Source of the DNA: the human T2T-CHM13v2.0 reference genome, Homo sapiens
Assembly: GCF_009914755.1 (NCBI RefSeq)
Contig: NC_060925.1
DNA: 64,000 bases
Strand: one strand, 5' to 3'
The notes under the pieces were generated by a model. It saw only the letters and a list, made by a program, of their open reading frames with translations, was not told where the DNA came from and made no database searches. Of this stretch, positions 63,951-64,000 are shown piece by piece (the first letter of the stretch is position 1; each line of letters opens with the position of its first letter). A program made the position numbers and the translations under genes.

Positions 63951-64000
63951 TTATTTAAATATGGTATTAAAATGTTTTTATTTCAATAAGCTTTGGGGAA

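Overview
This is AT-rich, repeat-dense primate genomic DNA (human by the protein sequence as I recall it). It holds the 3' end of SYCP1, the synaptonemal complex transverse filament protein, on the + strand. Nine coding exons (probably exons 24-32) splice with GT-AG junctions into 334 uninterrupted codons, VNKLELELES...KKLKEAEKLFV*, about residues 643-976. A short 3' UTR with an ATTAAA signal follows. The rest is mostly mobile-element relics: L1s of many ages (including a nested L1MA > L1PB > full-length L1PA7 > Alu stack in a 30.2-kb intron), Alus, LTRs, an ERVL integrase relic, Tigger MITEs, MIR and L2. Almost every ORF in the supplied track is repeat-derived or spurious. I see no convincing new gene or system. 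The best leads are an all-phase-0 exon architecture combined with inverted Alu/L1 pairs (in-frame skipping, or a stop-free 396-nt circle), two or three candidate L1-mediated 3' transductions, a candidate intronic poly(A) site after a weak donor, and a coding A10 run. Exon numbers are counted back from an assumed exon 32. Repeat subfamily calls and most repeat boundaries are by eye and approximate.
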